A stretch of 64,000 nucleotides of DNA from Kondoa subrosea (taxonomy: Eukaryota). The notes under the pieces were generated by a model. The model had not been told where the DNA came from. It saw only the letters and a list, made by a program, of their open reading frames with translations, and made no database searches. The stretch covers positions 1,970,484-2,034,483 of the forward strand of contig BCIN01000002.1 of the NCBI GenBank assembly GCA_039545335.1, read 5' to 3'. Shown piece after piece: positions 27,698-41,802 of this stretch. The position numbers and the translations under genes are program-made. Each line of letters starts with the position of its first letter. Within the stretch, counting starts at the first letter, position 1.

Positions 27698-29432
27698 ATG
27701 TGGAGAAGTAAGTCGCATACTCTTCAGGCTGTGCACTGCTCACCTATCCTTGCAGATGCTGCACGCATAAGCGGGACCAACGCTGTAAGCCTGATTCTTG
27801 CCTTTCTATTATATTTCGACTTACAGGTATGTATTCCAGGACGATCTGGGCGCTCCAAGACGATGGGGCAATGCCAACAACACTATTGAAGCAGCTCCTT
27901 CTCGTGGCTATGGCCAAAGCAATGATTCCCCTTCCCAAGCTTCTGCTGCACCTGCACCTGCTGCTGAAGCTGGACCACGCAAGAGACGTTCACGTTGGGG
28001 TGACGAATCAGCTAAAGTCGACTTAGCTGGTTTACCTACTGCTATTCAAGGCAATATTCAAGGTAAAGAATTGGACAACTATGCTTTATCTTTACGTTTG
28101 GAAGAAATCAATCGGAAATTAAGAAGTGGTGATGTTGTACCACCTGAAAGAGAACGTTCAGCTTCACCACCACCTTCTTATGATTCCCATGGTCGAAGAA
28201 CAAACACTCGTGAAGTTCGATACAGAAAGAAATTGGAAGACGAAAGGAACAAAGTTATTGATCGACAAATGAAATCTGATCCTAATTTCAGACCTCCTCC
28301 TGATTTCCTTATGCAAAAAAGAGGTGGTTCAGGTAGACCTTCGGATAAAGTTTATATTCCTGTTAAAGAGTTCCCCGAAATCAATTTCTTTGGTTTGCTC
28401 GTTGGTCCAAGAGGTAACTCGTTGAAGAAGATGGAAAGGGATTCAGGTGCAAAGATCTCCATTAGGGGCAAAGGAAGTGTGAAGGATGGGAAAGTTAGAC
28501 CGGATATGTATGCTGGTGATGATGATGAGGATTTACATTGTTTCGTTACTGCCGACAACGAAGACAAGGTCAAGAGATGTGTGGATTTGATCAATAGCGT
28601 TATTGAAACCGTAAGTCATTCTTTCTTGTTTTTCCTTTCTATCGCTTAATAAGGGTATTGATGACAGGCTGCATCTACTCCTGAAACTGATAACGATCAC
28701 AAACGCAATCAACTACGTGAACTGGCCCAACTCAACGGTACTTTGCGTGATGACGAAGGTCAACCTTGCCAGAATTGTGGTAAAATTGGTCATCGCAAAT
28801 GGGGTAAGTCTCACTTCTGTCACTCTCAGTACATTCTGAGCTGATATTGGAATGACAGACTGTCCCGAGCAGAAGAACTTCACTGCCAACATCATTTGTC
28901 ATCAATGTGGTGGTGCAGGTCATATGGCTAGGTTTGTCTGCCCTTGTTTTTCTGACAACTCGTGTGCTGAAGAGCGAATGTGCAGAGATTGTCTTCGTCG
29001 CCCAGGTGGACCTATGCAAGGTGTTCCAGGTCAACAAAATGGTCCTTCAAACGCTCAAGGCACAACTCCTCAATTCGATTCGGAATACGCAAACTTGATG
29101 GCTGAATTGGGCGAAGCGCCTAAAGAAGGAGCTGCCGTTCCTCAACCTTCAGCTGTTTCTATGGCCCCTTGGAGAAACCCTGCTAACTGGTAACTTTGCT
29201 TTTTTCATTGAGCTGCTGACGTCCATACTAATGTTGTTTTATCGCAGGCACCCGCCTTCCGCACCTACCAACTCTGGATATGGCGCTAGAAACTCTTATA
29301 CTTCTTACGGTCAGCAACCTTATGGTCAGCAAGGTGGTTATGGTCAAGGAGGATAGTGAGTCTCTTCCGGCTTTGATTTGATCTCTGCTGATGTAGTTGC
29401 GTAGTGGTGGATATCCTCAAGCGGCATACTGA
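27698..29432 (+). CDS. MSL5: Branchpoint-bridging protein BBP/SF1, multi-exon
   Basis: [31 protein letters not shown] domain [22 protein letters not shown]2 [12 protein letters not shown], two Zn knuckles. Confidence 0.96.
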
Positions 29433-29767
29433 TGGAAGAGAACGGAAGCCAGGATCTGTTGATTCTGCCTTAATCATCTGAGGGCGAATCAAGCATAAAA
29501 TCTGTTTTGCTACACTACTGATTGATTTCTGCAAATGTATCGCTATATTCTATCGTATTTCGAAGATGACTTCCTGTGACACAAAAGAAAATGACATGGC
29601 TTATTATCTTCTTGACTTTTGCCAAGTTCCTCGAATTCTTGCTTAGACCCGACGACGGTTTATCGACGTTTCGGGAGCCTGGCGCTGCTTCATCATCGAT
29701 CCTCTATACAGCTGGTCTGTTGATACCACTGTCTCTCCATATATCTTGAGGACCATCTTGTCGCGCT

Positions 29768-31892
29768 ATGTCCTTGAAGCAGGAACTAGAAATCTGGAAA
29801 CGCGCTTTGGATGCATACGATGCTCAAGATTACATGACTGCCTTAGAAGATTTCCAAATGATTGCAGAAACCAGTCGAGTTTGGTTTAGTATGGGAATGA
29901 TCAAAGCAACAATAGGCTTACATGCAGAAGCTGTTCAACATTTCAAACAAGCTTGCGCTTTGGATCGTTATCTCGCTATTTCTTATTTCCAAATGGGAGT
30001 CTCGCTTTTCTTAATGAATAAATTTGGAGACGCTATGAAATCGTTTGATGATGCGCATTACGTTCGTCAACTTCTCTCCTTTTGCTTTTGTAATCTGTGT
30101 TTAAAGAATAGTGCTGACATTACCATGTATAGTATTTACGTGGAAACGACAGTATAGAGTACAAACAATTAGGTCAGCAAAAGGCTCGAATATGATACCA
30201 TAGTTGGCACAATTGACCAGTTAGAAAGCAGGTCTGGATTTCGTCCTGTATTCATGTGAAGCGCTCTTCAATCGTGGATTATGTACCATCTACTCTGGGA
30301 AAGAACATGCTGGCATGCTGGACCTTAAGAAGGCTGCATCGCAAAAGCAAACGGAAGAGCATGCGGTCATTGATGAAGCGATTGCCGAGCACGCTAGTGT
30401 GTCCTCATGACTGTGCTCTGCTATGGAATACGGACTAATTGATTCTCATGTCAGACGGATTCACTGTCTTTTCTGTGCCTGTTGGCATCATTTACAGACC
30501 GCCGGCGAACAAGCTACGGAATCTCACAAGAAAGGACTATCTTGGGAAGGCGAAAGTCAGTGCGTAATGATGATGCTGCGGCGGTAAATATCCTCATTCA
30601 ATTCGGCAGTCGCGGTCAGCGAAGCTAAAGATGCACATGCCGGATTCTCTGGTACCGCTCTTCAAGACAAGAGTCATCTTTCGCCTGCGTCAAACTGGAA
30701 TCCACATCGCAAAGGAAGTTTACCTCTGCAGCAGCTTTCATCAAGTTTTGATACCTCATCACCTACTTCTTCCCCTACTCACAGAAGACCTGAAGCAGGC
30801 CGTAAAATGTCAGCACCAGATTCGTCTAATCGTACTGCAATGGTTCGAAGCAAAAGTGCAAATAGCGCCGTCAGCGAACTGAATTTCAGTCAACCTAAAC
30901 CAAGATCACCTATGCCTTCATCTGCGTCGTCTGCTTCCAGACCAGCACGACCGAAAGATGCTGGGTACTTCTTAGCTTCTGCTCCAGCTTCAACAACGGA
31001 TACATCACCACCCGTAGCTCAAAGATCTTTTCTTTCTATGGACAACCCATCTGATTTCGCAACTGGTCCGCGAAGTCGCGGGAAAATAGTCCCTCCGCTA
31101 GATTTGAGACAGACAAATGCAGCTTATCCACCTACACCTCCTGATTCTCGAGAAGGTGGAGAAGAACAAGATGTCACTGAAGACCTTTACGCTTCTTACG
31201 CAGATCCAGTTCAAAGAGAATCTGTCATCTTTGGAGGTCCAGCATCTCCTTTGGCTTCTCGATTTCCTGGACCAAATGAAGAAGATCGGATAGGTGATTG
31301 GGCTAGATCAACTGCTCAACAACAAGGTCAAACGAATCAATTAGGTTCACCAAATCAATCACCTCCGTTGAGTAGGAACGCGAGCGTGTTCCGGAGAAGA
31401 TTGGATGGCGAAGATGCTATGAACATGTCTAGCGCAAGTGTGCTCGGATCAACAACTAGTGTTCCAGAAGTCAGCAAAATTCGGGTCAATGTTAGCTTCA
31501 ATGGAAGGGTCAGCACTATGGTAAGAATTTACTTCTGATTTATAACGTCCCTTGTTGATTGTGGACTTCGAACAGAATGTCACGCCTGTAACGATGTACC
31601 CAACCTTTCTTTTTGGTTTGCAACGAAAGTTAGGGTTGCAGAACCCCGTAATGTCTTTTAAGGTAAGACTTGTTGATCGCTTCCGTTAGTCTTCCTGTTC
31701 TGACTCTTTGAACAGGATGAGGACGGGATGGAAATAGCTCTTCAAGACGAGAACGATTGGGAGTCAGCGATAGACGTTGCGAAGGAATTCAACAACGGGA
31801 GGGGTATTGGCAAGGTAAGAGTTCTGCCTTCATTACATGTAAACGCAGACTTATTATCAATTCTCCAGCTGGAGGTCGCAGTGCATTCCTAA
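29768..31892 (+). CDS. noxR: NADPH oxidase regulator NoxR (p67phox-like: TPRs, activation domain, PB1), multi-exon
   Basis: MSLKQELEIW..AL.AYD, LDRYLAISYFQMGVS, YLRGNDSIEYKQLGLDFVLYSCEALFNRGL, TVFSVPVGIIYRP, DYLGKAK; PB1-like FKDEDG. Confidence 0.92.
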
Positions 31893-32099
31893 TGGACCTC
31901 GTAGTACCCTGATGATCGCTCATGACGAGATTTCAACGCAAGCTCATGATACTAGTATGTAAGATATAACCACATTAGAGTAAAGAAAGCAGCATTTTTA
32001 GTATATCAAGTTCGTTAGCTGTTTGTGATCGAACGAAAGAGATAATGTACACTTTCAGGGCTGATGCAATGCTATTGTACAATGTATTCGTAGCGGAAG

Positions 32100-34911
32100 T
32101 TATGCTATATAGACATAGGTGTTCTTTTCTTTCTCGTCGCGATACCTATTGAAGCTATCAGCGCTGTTCAGACATGCCTCTGCCAGCACTCACATGTAAT
32201 CACGCTCGATAAGCGAAGCTATAGCTTTCTTGATCTCGGATGTCTCAACCTTGAATCGATCTCTATCGCGGGCATTAGTAATTCCTTCAGGGATGAACTG
32301 TAATCGTACTTGAGCTGAGTAACGACTTCCATGACTAGTGCGGAATGTTGCATGGTCTTCCTTGATTTCATGTTGCGCACGACTACGAGTTGGATGTGAT
32401 TTTGACGATCGATGAAAACTCGCTCGGTCGTGTCTTTGTTTTCCTCAACCTGAAAGACAGTCTCAGTACGACTCGAGAAGCTGCTGGGCAGCATACTGTT
32501 TCTTTTAATTGAATCTGGTTGATCTTGATTCGCATCTTGTCCTCCTTGAAAGCTTCATTGAATTCGAATTCATCGGACTCGGCTACATCCCGCCCTTTGG
32601 GATGCTTGGACAGCACTCTCACTTTACCGCAAGCCAGTGATTGCAAGGTCCTGGACAATTCCTTCTTGTCTATGTATGTAATCGATTAGTGACGTTTCAC
32701 GCCGCATGTATCGAAACGTACCAAGGCGGGTCTGATAAGCAATTTCACTATACGATAATTTGCTACCGCTTTCTAGACCGTTGAAGAGTAGCAGAACTAA
32801 TGCTTGATACAGACTGACACTGAGTTCTTTCTTGCCTGAAGGGAAGATAGCTTTGAGAACGCATTGATCCATTGAATGTTGCCAAGCGATCGTTCTACCA
32901 GAATGCTTGCTACCATAAAACACTTTGAAACGCTCCAAAGTCTTGACCATGTCGGCTGGTAAAACGCAAGGTGAAGAAGCGAAAGATGGCCAATTACCGG
33001 TAGTGAGCACATTGACGGCCAATTCGCACGAAGCGCCTGTTTCTGACCAATGACCCATTTGCTTGTAACTTTGCATTAGATCTGCAGAAAGATCGATGTC
33101 CTTCGCCATGGTTTCCAGCTTGACAGTGAAAGCTGGTCCGCATTCTTTGTATCGTGCATCCATCAGCTCATCGCCACTAGTGATCATGTGAGCAGCTTAC
33201 CTTCGCGCAGCTTGACCAGCATGATTTTTTCGAGGTCGGACGAAGCGGACTTGTTGAGCAGTAGACGTTTGGCGAAAAGTCGCATATAGAAGGCTTCGAA
33301 CAGATCCTTGGCTGAAAGAAAATCAGCTGCGCTATGGTGTATACATTGAAGAGTCACATACCTGATGTGTAACGGAATAGCGACAACACTTTGTCCAACA
33401 TGTTTTCAAGCTCATTATCGGACAATGCCTTATTACCAGTCCTCATTTTCAGATCAATATACTTGGCCAGCATTTCAGCAGATTTATTAGCCCGCTTGTT
33501 GATGAAGACTTCAAAAGCGTCTTTGGTTTTATGTGTGAGATCAACATCGTTGCGGAAAGGGCCTTCGAGAATTTCATCTACTTGAGAGTTGTACTCCAAG
33601 AGAGAGTCGACCATTGATTCGTCTTTTGCTGGATCAGTGACGATACTTGCTCCGGAAGTCTACCAAGGCAAATTTAATTCGCTCCAGAAATTTAGTAAGC
33701 CGAACTCACTTCGACGTAAATATACCATGCAGCATTCAGCTTGTCAAGAGAGCCAACTCTTAACAACATCGAGTATAAGCGAGCTAGATCTGACTGCGAT
33801 TCTGCTTGATCGGTTACAATGGCGGATTTGGTGTTGAAAGCTTGGACGAAATCAGACAAGCCGCTTAGCAATTCTTGAGCATGATTGGTGATCATTTCCA
33901 CTTCAACTACTCTCAACAAGGTCGCTTTCAGATCTTGACCAGTGCTAGCTGTAGTGAAGACCATTTGCGCGCGTTCCCCTTCTTCTTCCAAACGCTTTGC
34001 GACATGTTGAAGATACTTGGAAGGTGTAAGATGAGTTGCACTACCTAGAGTATTCATAGACAGAGCCTCTTGCCTATAAAATTGAGTTGAAGCTTCCACA
34101 AAAGGTGTAACAAAGAGTGCAGCAAAGCAACTAGCCGAAAGAGAGGCCAGTAATGACAGAACAGAAGAGATAGTAGGACGAGAGATGCTATCGCCCCTTC
34201 TTTCTTGCTCAACAATCGACAAAAGGGCAGCTTTGATTGACTCTGCTATGGTCTCTTCTTCAATAATTTTACGTCGGAAGATATCGAGACCTAGATCCCT
34301 ATAGCAGAATATGGGATTTAGCTTCTGGCCGTTGTGAAAGATGCTTACCAGATAGAAAGCAGCTCCTTGTGTGCAAGAACATATCCTCTATCCAAGTTCA
34401 AGAAGATGCCCCGAATCATGTTCAACTGATTCTTGAATGTCTGCCATTCCGAATCTAGAGCAGCTAGCCAAGCTTGACTGTTAGCTGAAAGAGAACCAGC
34501 TTGATCGAAAGCAGATTGTTTCGGTAGATTGCTCGACGACGTGAGAGCTACTCGGATATCGCCAACTCTTCGTTCCAATTCAATACGAATCTTATCGTAC
34601 AATGTCTGTGCATTTGCATCGCTGACTGCGATGTAGCCTTCGCACAAAGAATACAAAGCTTGTAATGATTCAGGAATAGCTGACGGCGGATTCGCATTGA
34701 TCGCTCGGATGGCACGGCTTAAGGTAGAAAGAGTAGAGGACGCGGTATCAGGAGCTGCAAGGCGTTGCTGGAAACTAGTTGTCCCTGACGATCTGATAGA
34801 GAGCTTCTTTATCGATCTATCGCTCGCAGGAGATTGCTGTTTTGGGCCCTTGAGCGCGGACAGATTCAGCGTCTTTGGAGGACTCTTGTTTGCTGACGGA
34901 TTGAAGGTCAT
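32100..34911 (-). CDS. CUL4: Cullin-4, multi-exon (start could be further upstream)
   Basis: [100 protein letters not shown] neddylation site. Confidence 0.9.
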
Positions 34912-35075
34912 CTCGGTCGTTATAGAAGACGAAAACCGTGGCAAGATGAATTCCGGGGTAGAGTAAGCATGAAGTAAAGTTATTGTTGCCGCGAAGCCTT
35001 GCGCATGCAAGAGTGTTACATTACAAGTGCAAGTAATGATATTGTTTTGTGTGTATATACAGCTCGAATCCCACC

Positions 35076-37181
35076 CTATTGCAGTTCATCGAATTTCCTC
35101 GCAGAATCAAAGACACCTTGACAACACAATAAGTAAGGGGTAAAAAGACAGCGCTGATAAAAGACTCACCCTCAACCTTACCAAGCGCTTCACGAGCCAA
35201 ATGATCAGTCGGACAATTCTTCGCCCTGAAACCACGGAACAGCCTTTCTCTGTGTTCGCCTTCCCAGACAAGATCGCAACTGTTGTCAACCAAAGAGACA
35301 GGTTCTTCTTCTATCGCGTCGATGGCATCGTCATCTCCTGCAGCAGTTCGAACAACGGTACTTTCTTCCGTCCAATCAATCCGCTGTAACATAAGACGCT
35401 TGTACTTCTTCAAGGAAAGATAGCTGCCTTCCACAACAACCAAAGCGAACTTAGGATGGAACATGCACATGCCAGTAAGGAAGAGTTGTTCAGCGTTTTT
35501 GCGGACTTTAGTCTTATGCAGAGGATTAGAGAGATGTTTGATTCTGCGAACGGCTCAGTTCAAACAATGCACATATGCATTCCAAAAGTCTGCTCACCTG
35601 AAGGCAGCAGCGTAAATTCCCTTCTTCTCCTCTTCTCTAGCTTTGTCCTCAATTTTTTGCTTACGCTGCTCATCCGTCAACGCTCGAGCTTGATTCATCT
35701 TCTCGTGACCGGTCTTTCTAACCGTCATCTCTCTGCGAACCTTTGCTTCAATCTTGGTCGGATCAGCAACGGCTTCTTGAGTTAAGACTCGCATCATGTT
35801 GGTCAACTTGACTTTGGGTGGATCAGGTGGTAATAAGCCCATGCGAACTCGGTCTTGATGATCTTTTAATTCAGCCATACGTCTTTGTCTTCTCATCTTC
35901 TTTTGCTCCTGTCGGTCGAAACACAGAAATTAGCTGCATGATCTCTAAATTGCGAGCAATCCTCGCACCTTCTTAGTCAACATTAAAGCCTTTGGAGCAA
36001 CAGCTTTCTTGTCTCCAGGCGCTGGAATAGGGATAGGATGTTGAACAAGAGAAGAACAACCTTGTTCCCAAATTGCTTGAGCTTCTTCAGCATCCAAATC
36101 TCCATACGAATCTCCTTTAACCAAAGGTGCATCCCACCATTCTACATCAGGTGGAGGAGCTCTTTTTACTCTTCTTCCTAATCCACCATCAGCTTCCATT
36201 TCATCTTCCAACCCAGCTTTCCGAGCAGCTTCCAAAATCCTTTGCTTCAAAGCTTCCATTTTCGCTTCCTGTCTCAACTGATCCGCAATCTTGACAAATT
36301 TACCTTTGGTGTTGAACTTCATTTGACGTGGTTTCTTGGTTCGAGGTGCTAGAGATTCGACACCCAAACGGCGATCGAAGTAAGGGTTCTGTCGAGCTTC
36401 TTCTAATGTAGGCCCAGAGGAAATTTGCAATGCTTCTGGTTTCTTCACTGGTTGCGAAGCTACAACGCGAGCATTGGCCTGTTAATGAGACTTAGCATAA
36501 AGCTCATGGAAGAAGAAGGGAACAAAATCACCTTTGTACTGGCAAACTTAGGCAACATAGGTTTATAGCGGTCTTTGCTGGTAGAAGGAGCTGAAGGTTT
36601 GTCCAGGTTGGCCAACAACGGATGTAGCATAGTACCAGGTTTAGCCATGCTAGCTAAAGCCGCATCGCTAGCTTTACTCTTGCTTGCTGCTGCAGCGGCA
36701 GTCTTGGAAGCAGCAGCAGCAGCTAAGTATGGATTGACGTTCTTCTGCAAGGCAGCCATATTCTCAACCTTGCGTTTCGCCTCTGCTACCCGCTTAGCAA
36801 TTTCGCTGACATCTGGCCGACCAGGTGTTTCAGCTGCCGGAGTAGACTTGGGCTCTGCAGCGTTGGGAGCGAAAGCCTTGAATTTAGCAGCGATTTCTCT
36901 GCAGATAATATGGAAATGTAAGAATGAAGCGAACATGTTCGAGCGGGAAACTCACGCTCGCTTCTTTGCGATCTGTTGGGCTACCAAATCATTTGGGCTC
37001 GGCGCCTGTGGCTTCAGATCATCCTGGACCACAATGTAAATGGAATTCCATCTAAAATACATTGTTGTCGGCTCACCTTTGGCGGAATGAAGCTAGGAGC
37101 AGCTGTGCTCGATATCTTAGGTCTCTTGGAACCAGGTGAGCCAGCCTGGGCATCATCTAGAGCTCTTTTTCGGTCAGACAT
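35076..37181 (-). CDS. PRP3: U4/U6 snRNP protein Prp3, multi-exon
   Basis: NPYFD, PPPDVEWWD, VQHPIPIPAP, LMLTKKEQKKMRRQRR, RMGLLPPDPPKVKLTNMMRVL, VVVEG..SLKKYKRLML.RIDW. Confidence 0.95.
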
Positions 37182-37248
37182 GCTTGTTCGCTAACAACCT
37201 TCGAGCGTCAAATTCAACCAAGGGCATGACTCAGCAGAAGCACTAGAT

Positions 37249-39841
37249 ATGGAGAGCTTCTTGTCCTCTGCCTCAGCGCTCTTTAAATCAGGCATCAGCT
37301 CGGCCTACACAGCGAGCAATGACCAACCCAAATCAGTTGGCTTGTGGAAGATCACGAGCGCAAAGCACAACAGCAATGCAAGAGCTGTATCTATCTGGGA
37401 ATACTCTAGAGGGTCTAGTCTGCCAGGAGGAGCCAAAGCAAGAGCAGCCAGCGGTGTAGCTGATCGAGTACATCAAGTCTTGGTCAAAGAAGCGCAAACG
37501 CTCTCGCGATATAGGCATCCTTCCATACTGGAAATCGTCGAGCCATTGGAAGAAACTCGAGCGTCGCTTGTTTTCGCGACAGAAGCGATTTTATGCAGCT
37601 TGGCGGATGCTGTCAAGTCAGCTTCCTCGAGAAGATCCGTCGAATTGGATGAAGTGGAGCTGCAGAGGGGTCTTCTTCAGATCACAAAGGGCTTGCAATT
37701 CCTGCACGAAGCCAATCTGGTTCATGGCGACCTTACACTGGAAGCAATCGTCATCACTGCAAAGGGCGACTGGAAGATCTCCCATCTAGCTTTCATTCAA
37801 GGTCGTACTCTCCCTTCCGGTCAACCAACGCCATGGATCTTTCCGGATTACGATAATTCTTTGCCTCGATATTGCCAACGAGATCTCAATTACATGGCAC
37901 CAGAATATGCGCTTAGTGAAAGACCACCTGCTCCCTCGAATGATATCTGGAGTATGGGTTGTATAGCGTTTGCTCTACTTGGCAAACTTGGCGAACCGCC
38001 TTTTTCAACTCGAGGAAGATTAGAAACCTATCGCCGTTTATATGAAGATTTCGATCTACAGAAAGCCCAATTCAACAAGCTAGGATCAGAAGTAGCGGAT
38101 CTTCTTAATGCTCTATTAGAGTCACATCCTGCCGCTCGACCAACAGCAGCTTCCCTTCCCACAAGTTGTTCCTACTTCTCGAGCATTCTAGTCCAAACGC
38201 TTCGCTTTCTAGACCGGGACAGCTATACCAGCAAAAGCTCCCCTGAACTGATCAGCTTCATGAAAGGCTTGCGGAATGTACTACCTTCTTTTTCCAAACG
38301 AGTGCAGCAGAAGCGAATCTTGACGGCGTTACTGGATCAAGGCTTGGGAAAAGAAGGGAGTAGGCTGGAAGTAATACCTCATATCTTACCCAATGTCTTT
38401 TATATCGCCGAGGAGATGAGTAATGTGAGTTCACTGTGAAGCCGATTTGCCTTGTTCTTATTCGAAAACTTTATCTATAAAGTCGGAATTCCAAGAGATC
38501 GTTCTTCCTTCTCTCAAACAACTTTTTGTTCTCTCTGCTTCGGACTCGCCTGACTGCGCTATGGCATTGCTCGACCATCTTCCTCTACTGGAACAGAAGA
38601 CCAATACAGCCGTTTTCAGGCAAGAAATCACCCCGTTACTCCTTAGTCTCTTATCTACCACCTCGCCACCTCTATTGATGAAGACTTTACAAGCTATTCC
38701 TACTCTTTGCGTTCCATCAGCTACCAAGAGTGCAGCAACTCTCGATTTCGCAACGGTCAAAGATACGATTTTCCCTCGTGTAGCAGAAGTCTTTGCTCGT
38801 ACCACAGTACTAGGAGTCAAAGTTGGTGGTCTGATCTGTTTAGGCGGTCTAGTACAAATCTTGGATCGGTACACCATTACTGAAAAACTCGTACCCATTT
38901 TGGCCAAAATAAAGACCAAAGATCCAGCCGTTCTGTTATCAGCATTAACTATCTTTCAAATAATCTCTACCAAATTAACGGATACGACTGTAATTAGTAC
39001 GCTGATTTTGCCTCAATTATGGACCATGTCAGCTGCACCACTATTATCAGAAGAACAGTTTGAAAGGTTCATGATCTTGATCGAAACGTTGTCAAAGAAA
39101 GTGAGAACGGAAAGAGGGAAAGAGTTGAGGGCAAATTCGCAAAACACTGCAAGTGCATCAACAGCTCCTGCTGCCGCTTCTTGGGAAGATTTGGTTAGAG
39201 GACAAGCGGCTCCAGTGACACGTAATGGTGGTCTGTCAGCTGTCAATGGCAACGATATGATGAGCAGCCCTTTGACACCAGATCAGACTGGAAGCAATCA
39301 AGTGAGATAACACAACTATAATTTGAAAATGCTTTTAATGACATTATGCACACAGTTTGATGCAAGCTCCATGTGGAAGACTCCTTCCTCTCCACCTCAG
39401 CAACCCATACAGTCCAACAAACCGTCAATGGACAGCGTTCGCTCTTTCAATGCCACAACCAAGAATGGGCTCGGTGCTCGACCAATACCTTCTTCCAGTT
39501 TCAATACCTCTGCATTCCTCAATACCCTGCCTGCTATAATCCCAACACCTCTTCCATCCAATACTCCGTCAATGTCCACTTCCTTTCAACCGAATTACAG
39601 CCTTTCCTCTTTAAAGCCTGATCCACCAAAGCCGCAGCTCAGCTCATCAGTATCCTGGAACACAACGCCAATGCAACCTGCGCCATCTCCATCGTTCCCT
39701 TCACAGCCAAAGGTCAACGCTCGGTGGAACGTCGTTTCACCTCCAGGCTACAATCCAGGCGTTCTTTCCCCTACTCGAGCTGCACCGAACGCCAGCAGTA
39801 ACAAAGTACCGGATTTCAGTGATTTCGATCCACTTTTGTAG
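37249..39841 (+). CDS. SCY1: SCY1/SCYL2-like pseudokinase with HEAT repeats, multi-exon
   Basis: VGLWKI, LSRYRHPSILEIVEPLEETR, LDEVELQRGLLQITKGLQFLH, GDWKIS, YMAPEY; IKTKDPAV; C-terminal FSDFDPLL. Confidence 0.9.
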
Positions 39842-39847
39842 TTTTCT

Positions 39848-40604
39848 TTACGCTCGAACAGGTTGAGAAGAAGAAGTAGAAGCAGGGGAAGGTGTGTTTT
39901 GTTTTGTTGGAGGAAGGAAGGGATTGAATTTGTCAAAGAAATTTGAAAAGCGCATTTTTACTGCAGAGAAAGAATCTATTGCAGGTCTGACGTCCAAATG
40001 AAAGGAGAGTGGGACTTTGCCAGAATAGAAATCAATCACGTAACGAATTTGAGTTCCGCTACGATCTACCAACCAATCATGTCGATCAAAAGGTGCTTGA
40101 TATCTGTTTGCGCGTTTCATCTCATAAGTATCACTTCAACGTACATGGTAAAGGAACTGACCCAATAAGAGTCTTTAACCAGGCTCGAGGTGTTCGATCG
40201 TTTGGTCTACCTTTGAAACTGATCAACTTGACTTTCTCCAAAGGTCCTTCTTTCGCTTCCCAGGCTAAAACTTGATCCCAACATTTCTCATTAACCGCAT
40301 TATGAATGGGAACAATGATGTCCATATCTTTTGCTGAATTGCCTGCACGATTCTTTCTTTGTAAAGCCGCATGAAATTGAGCTGGAGATGGATAAACCCA
40401 TTTCTGATCCACTGTTTCTTCGCCTGGTATTGAGCGAGGAATAGAGGAAACCACTCGTTCTTTGGATAAGTTGATCGAATCTGCTGATGTATCGTTCTGC
40501 GAGCTAGCTGTTGATGTTGTCGTGGGTCTTAAGGGATGTGCTGCAGCATCTGATGTCGAATGAGGCCATCTTGAATGGTCCACGGGACATTTATCGGCTG
40601 ACAT
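39848..40604 (-). CDS. CYT2: Holocytochrome c/c1 synthase (heme lyase), 2 exons; c1-type assignment tentative
   Basis: CPVDH heme-regulatory motif, [62 protein letters not shown]. Confidence 0.85.
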
Positions 40605-40670
40605 CGCTGCTCTTGAGAAAGAATATTAGGCTTGCATCTTGGCGAGCAGCAAGCACCTTAGGTCACTGCA

Positions 40671-41460
40671 ATGTCAGCGACTAACGTGCGATTTTGTGCC
40701 GAGTGCAACAGTAAGTCTCAGTACAGGTTGCAACCATTCTATTACTGAGAAACTTGAAATGAAAACAGACTTGCTGTATCCAAAAGTACCTCATTACCGA
40801 CTCGTCGCTCGCTTAATGGCTCATTAAGGATCCGTCTAGGTCGATAGAGTGCATAGAGCGTTGCAGTATGCATGCAGGTCGTGCGAATACGAAGGTATGT
40901 TGCAGTCCTGTCACTGCATTAAGATTGACCAAGCTGAATTATCTCGTTGCAGAGGACACTGCAAACCCTTGTGTCTACCGAAATGGTGCGAATATAGCTC
41001 TTCTATAACAGAAGGACGCTGAAATGAGAGCAAAGACTTGATCATTACCGCAAAGTCAGTAATCATTCCACTTACGCAACAGCTTACTGACTTAGCACTC
41101 AGGGAATCTGCTGGTGTGACACAAGATATTGGGACAGATCCGACATTGCCTCGCTCAAATATAGAGTGTCCGAGATGTCATCAGTCTGAGTAATACATTG
41201 CCTTCCTCTTCTGAACTGGCACTTTGTCTTATTGCTCAAAACAGAGCGGTCTTCTTTCAAGATCAGTCAAAAAGAACAGAAACGAAAATGATTTTGTTCT
41301 ATACATGCATTCAGTGAGTTTTTGTCGTATTTGCACGCGCAAAATCAATCGAGCTCAACAATGATTTGCTAGCTGCAATAAAAGTTTTCAAGATCCTTTA
41401 TTGAAGAAGAATAGAACTTATCAAGCTCCTGCTGCGGAAGAAGAGCCGATGGAGGAATAA
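40671..41460 (+). CDS. RPB9: RNA polymerase II subunit Rpb9, multi-exon
   Basis: [67 protein letters not shown]. Confidence 0.93.
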
Positions 41461-41802
41461 GCTCAGAAACGGATTTCGCTGATTTGGAATCGTTGTATAG
41501 CTTGGTGACGCTGTTTGCGTTGTAACATTAACAATCAGAAGTATATGTATGTTGTTGGGCACGACTCATCAAATTTGCTTCTACAATGATAGAACAGATA
41601 TCACTATGATTTTGGCTATCACAATGAGGTAATACATTACGAATAATGAATGAATGCAATGAATGAAGGTTCTCAATGTCCAATCCCTCCTCCTTCTTTG
41701 CATCTTGACAGACTGGGAGAGAGTATATACTGATGCCGCTGGATTTGCTGATTGTGAAAAATAGATAGTCGTAAGGCAAGCAAATGTGGAAGAGTAATCA
41801 TT

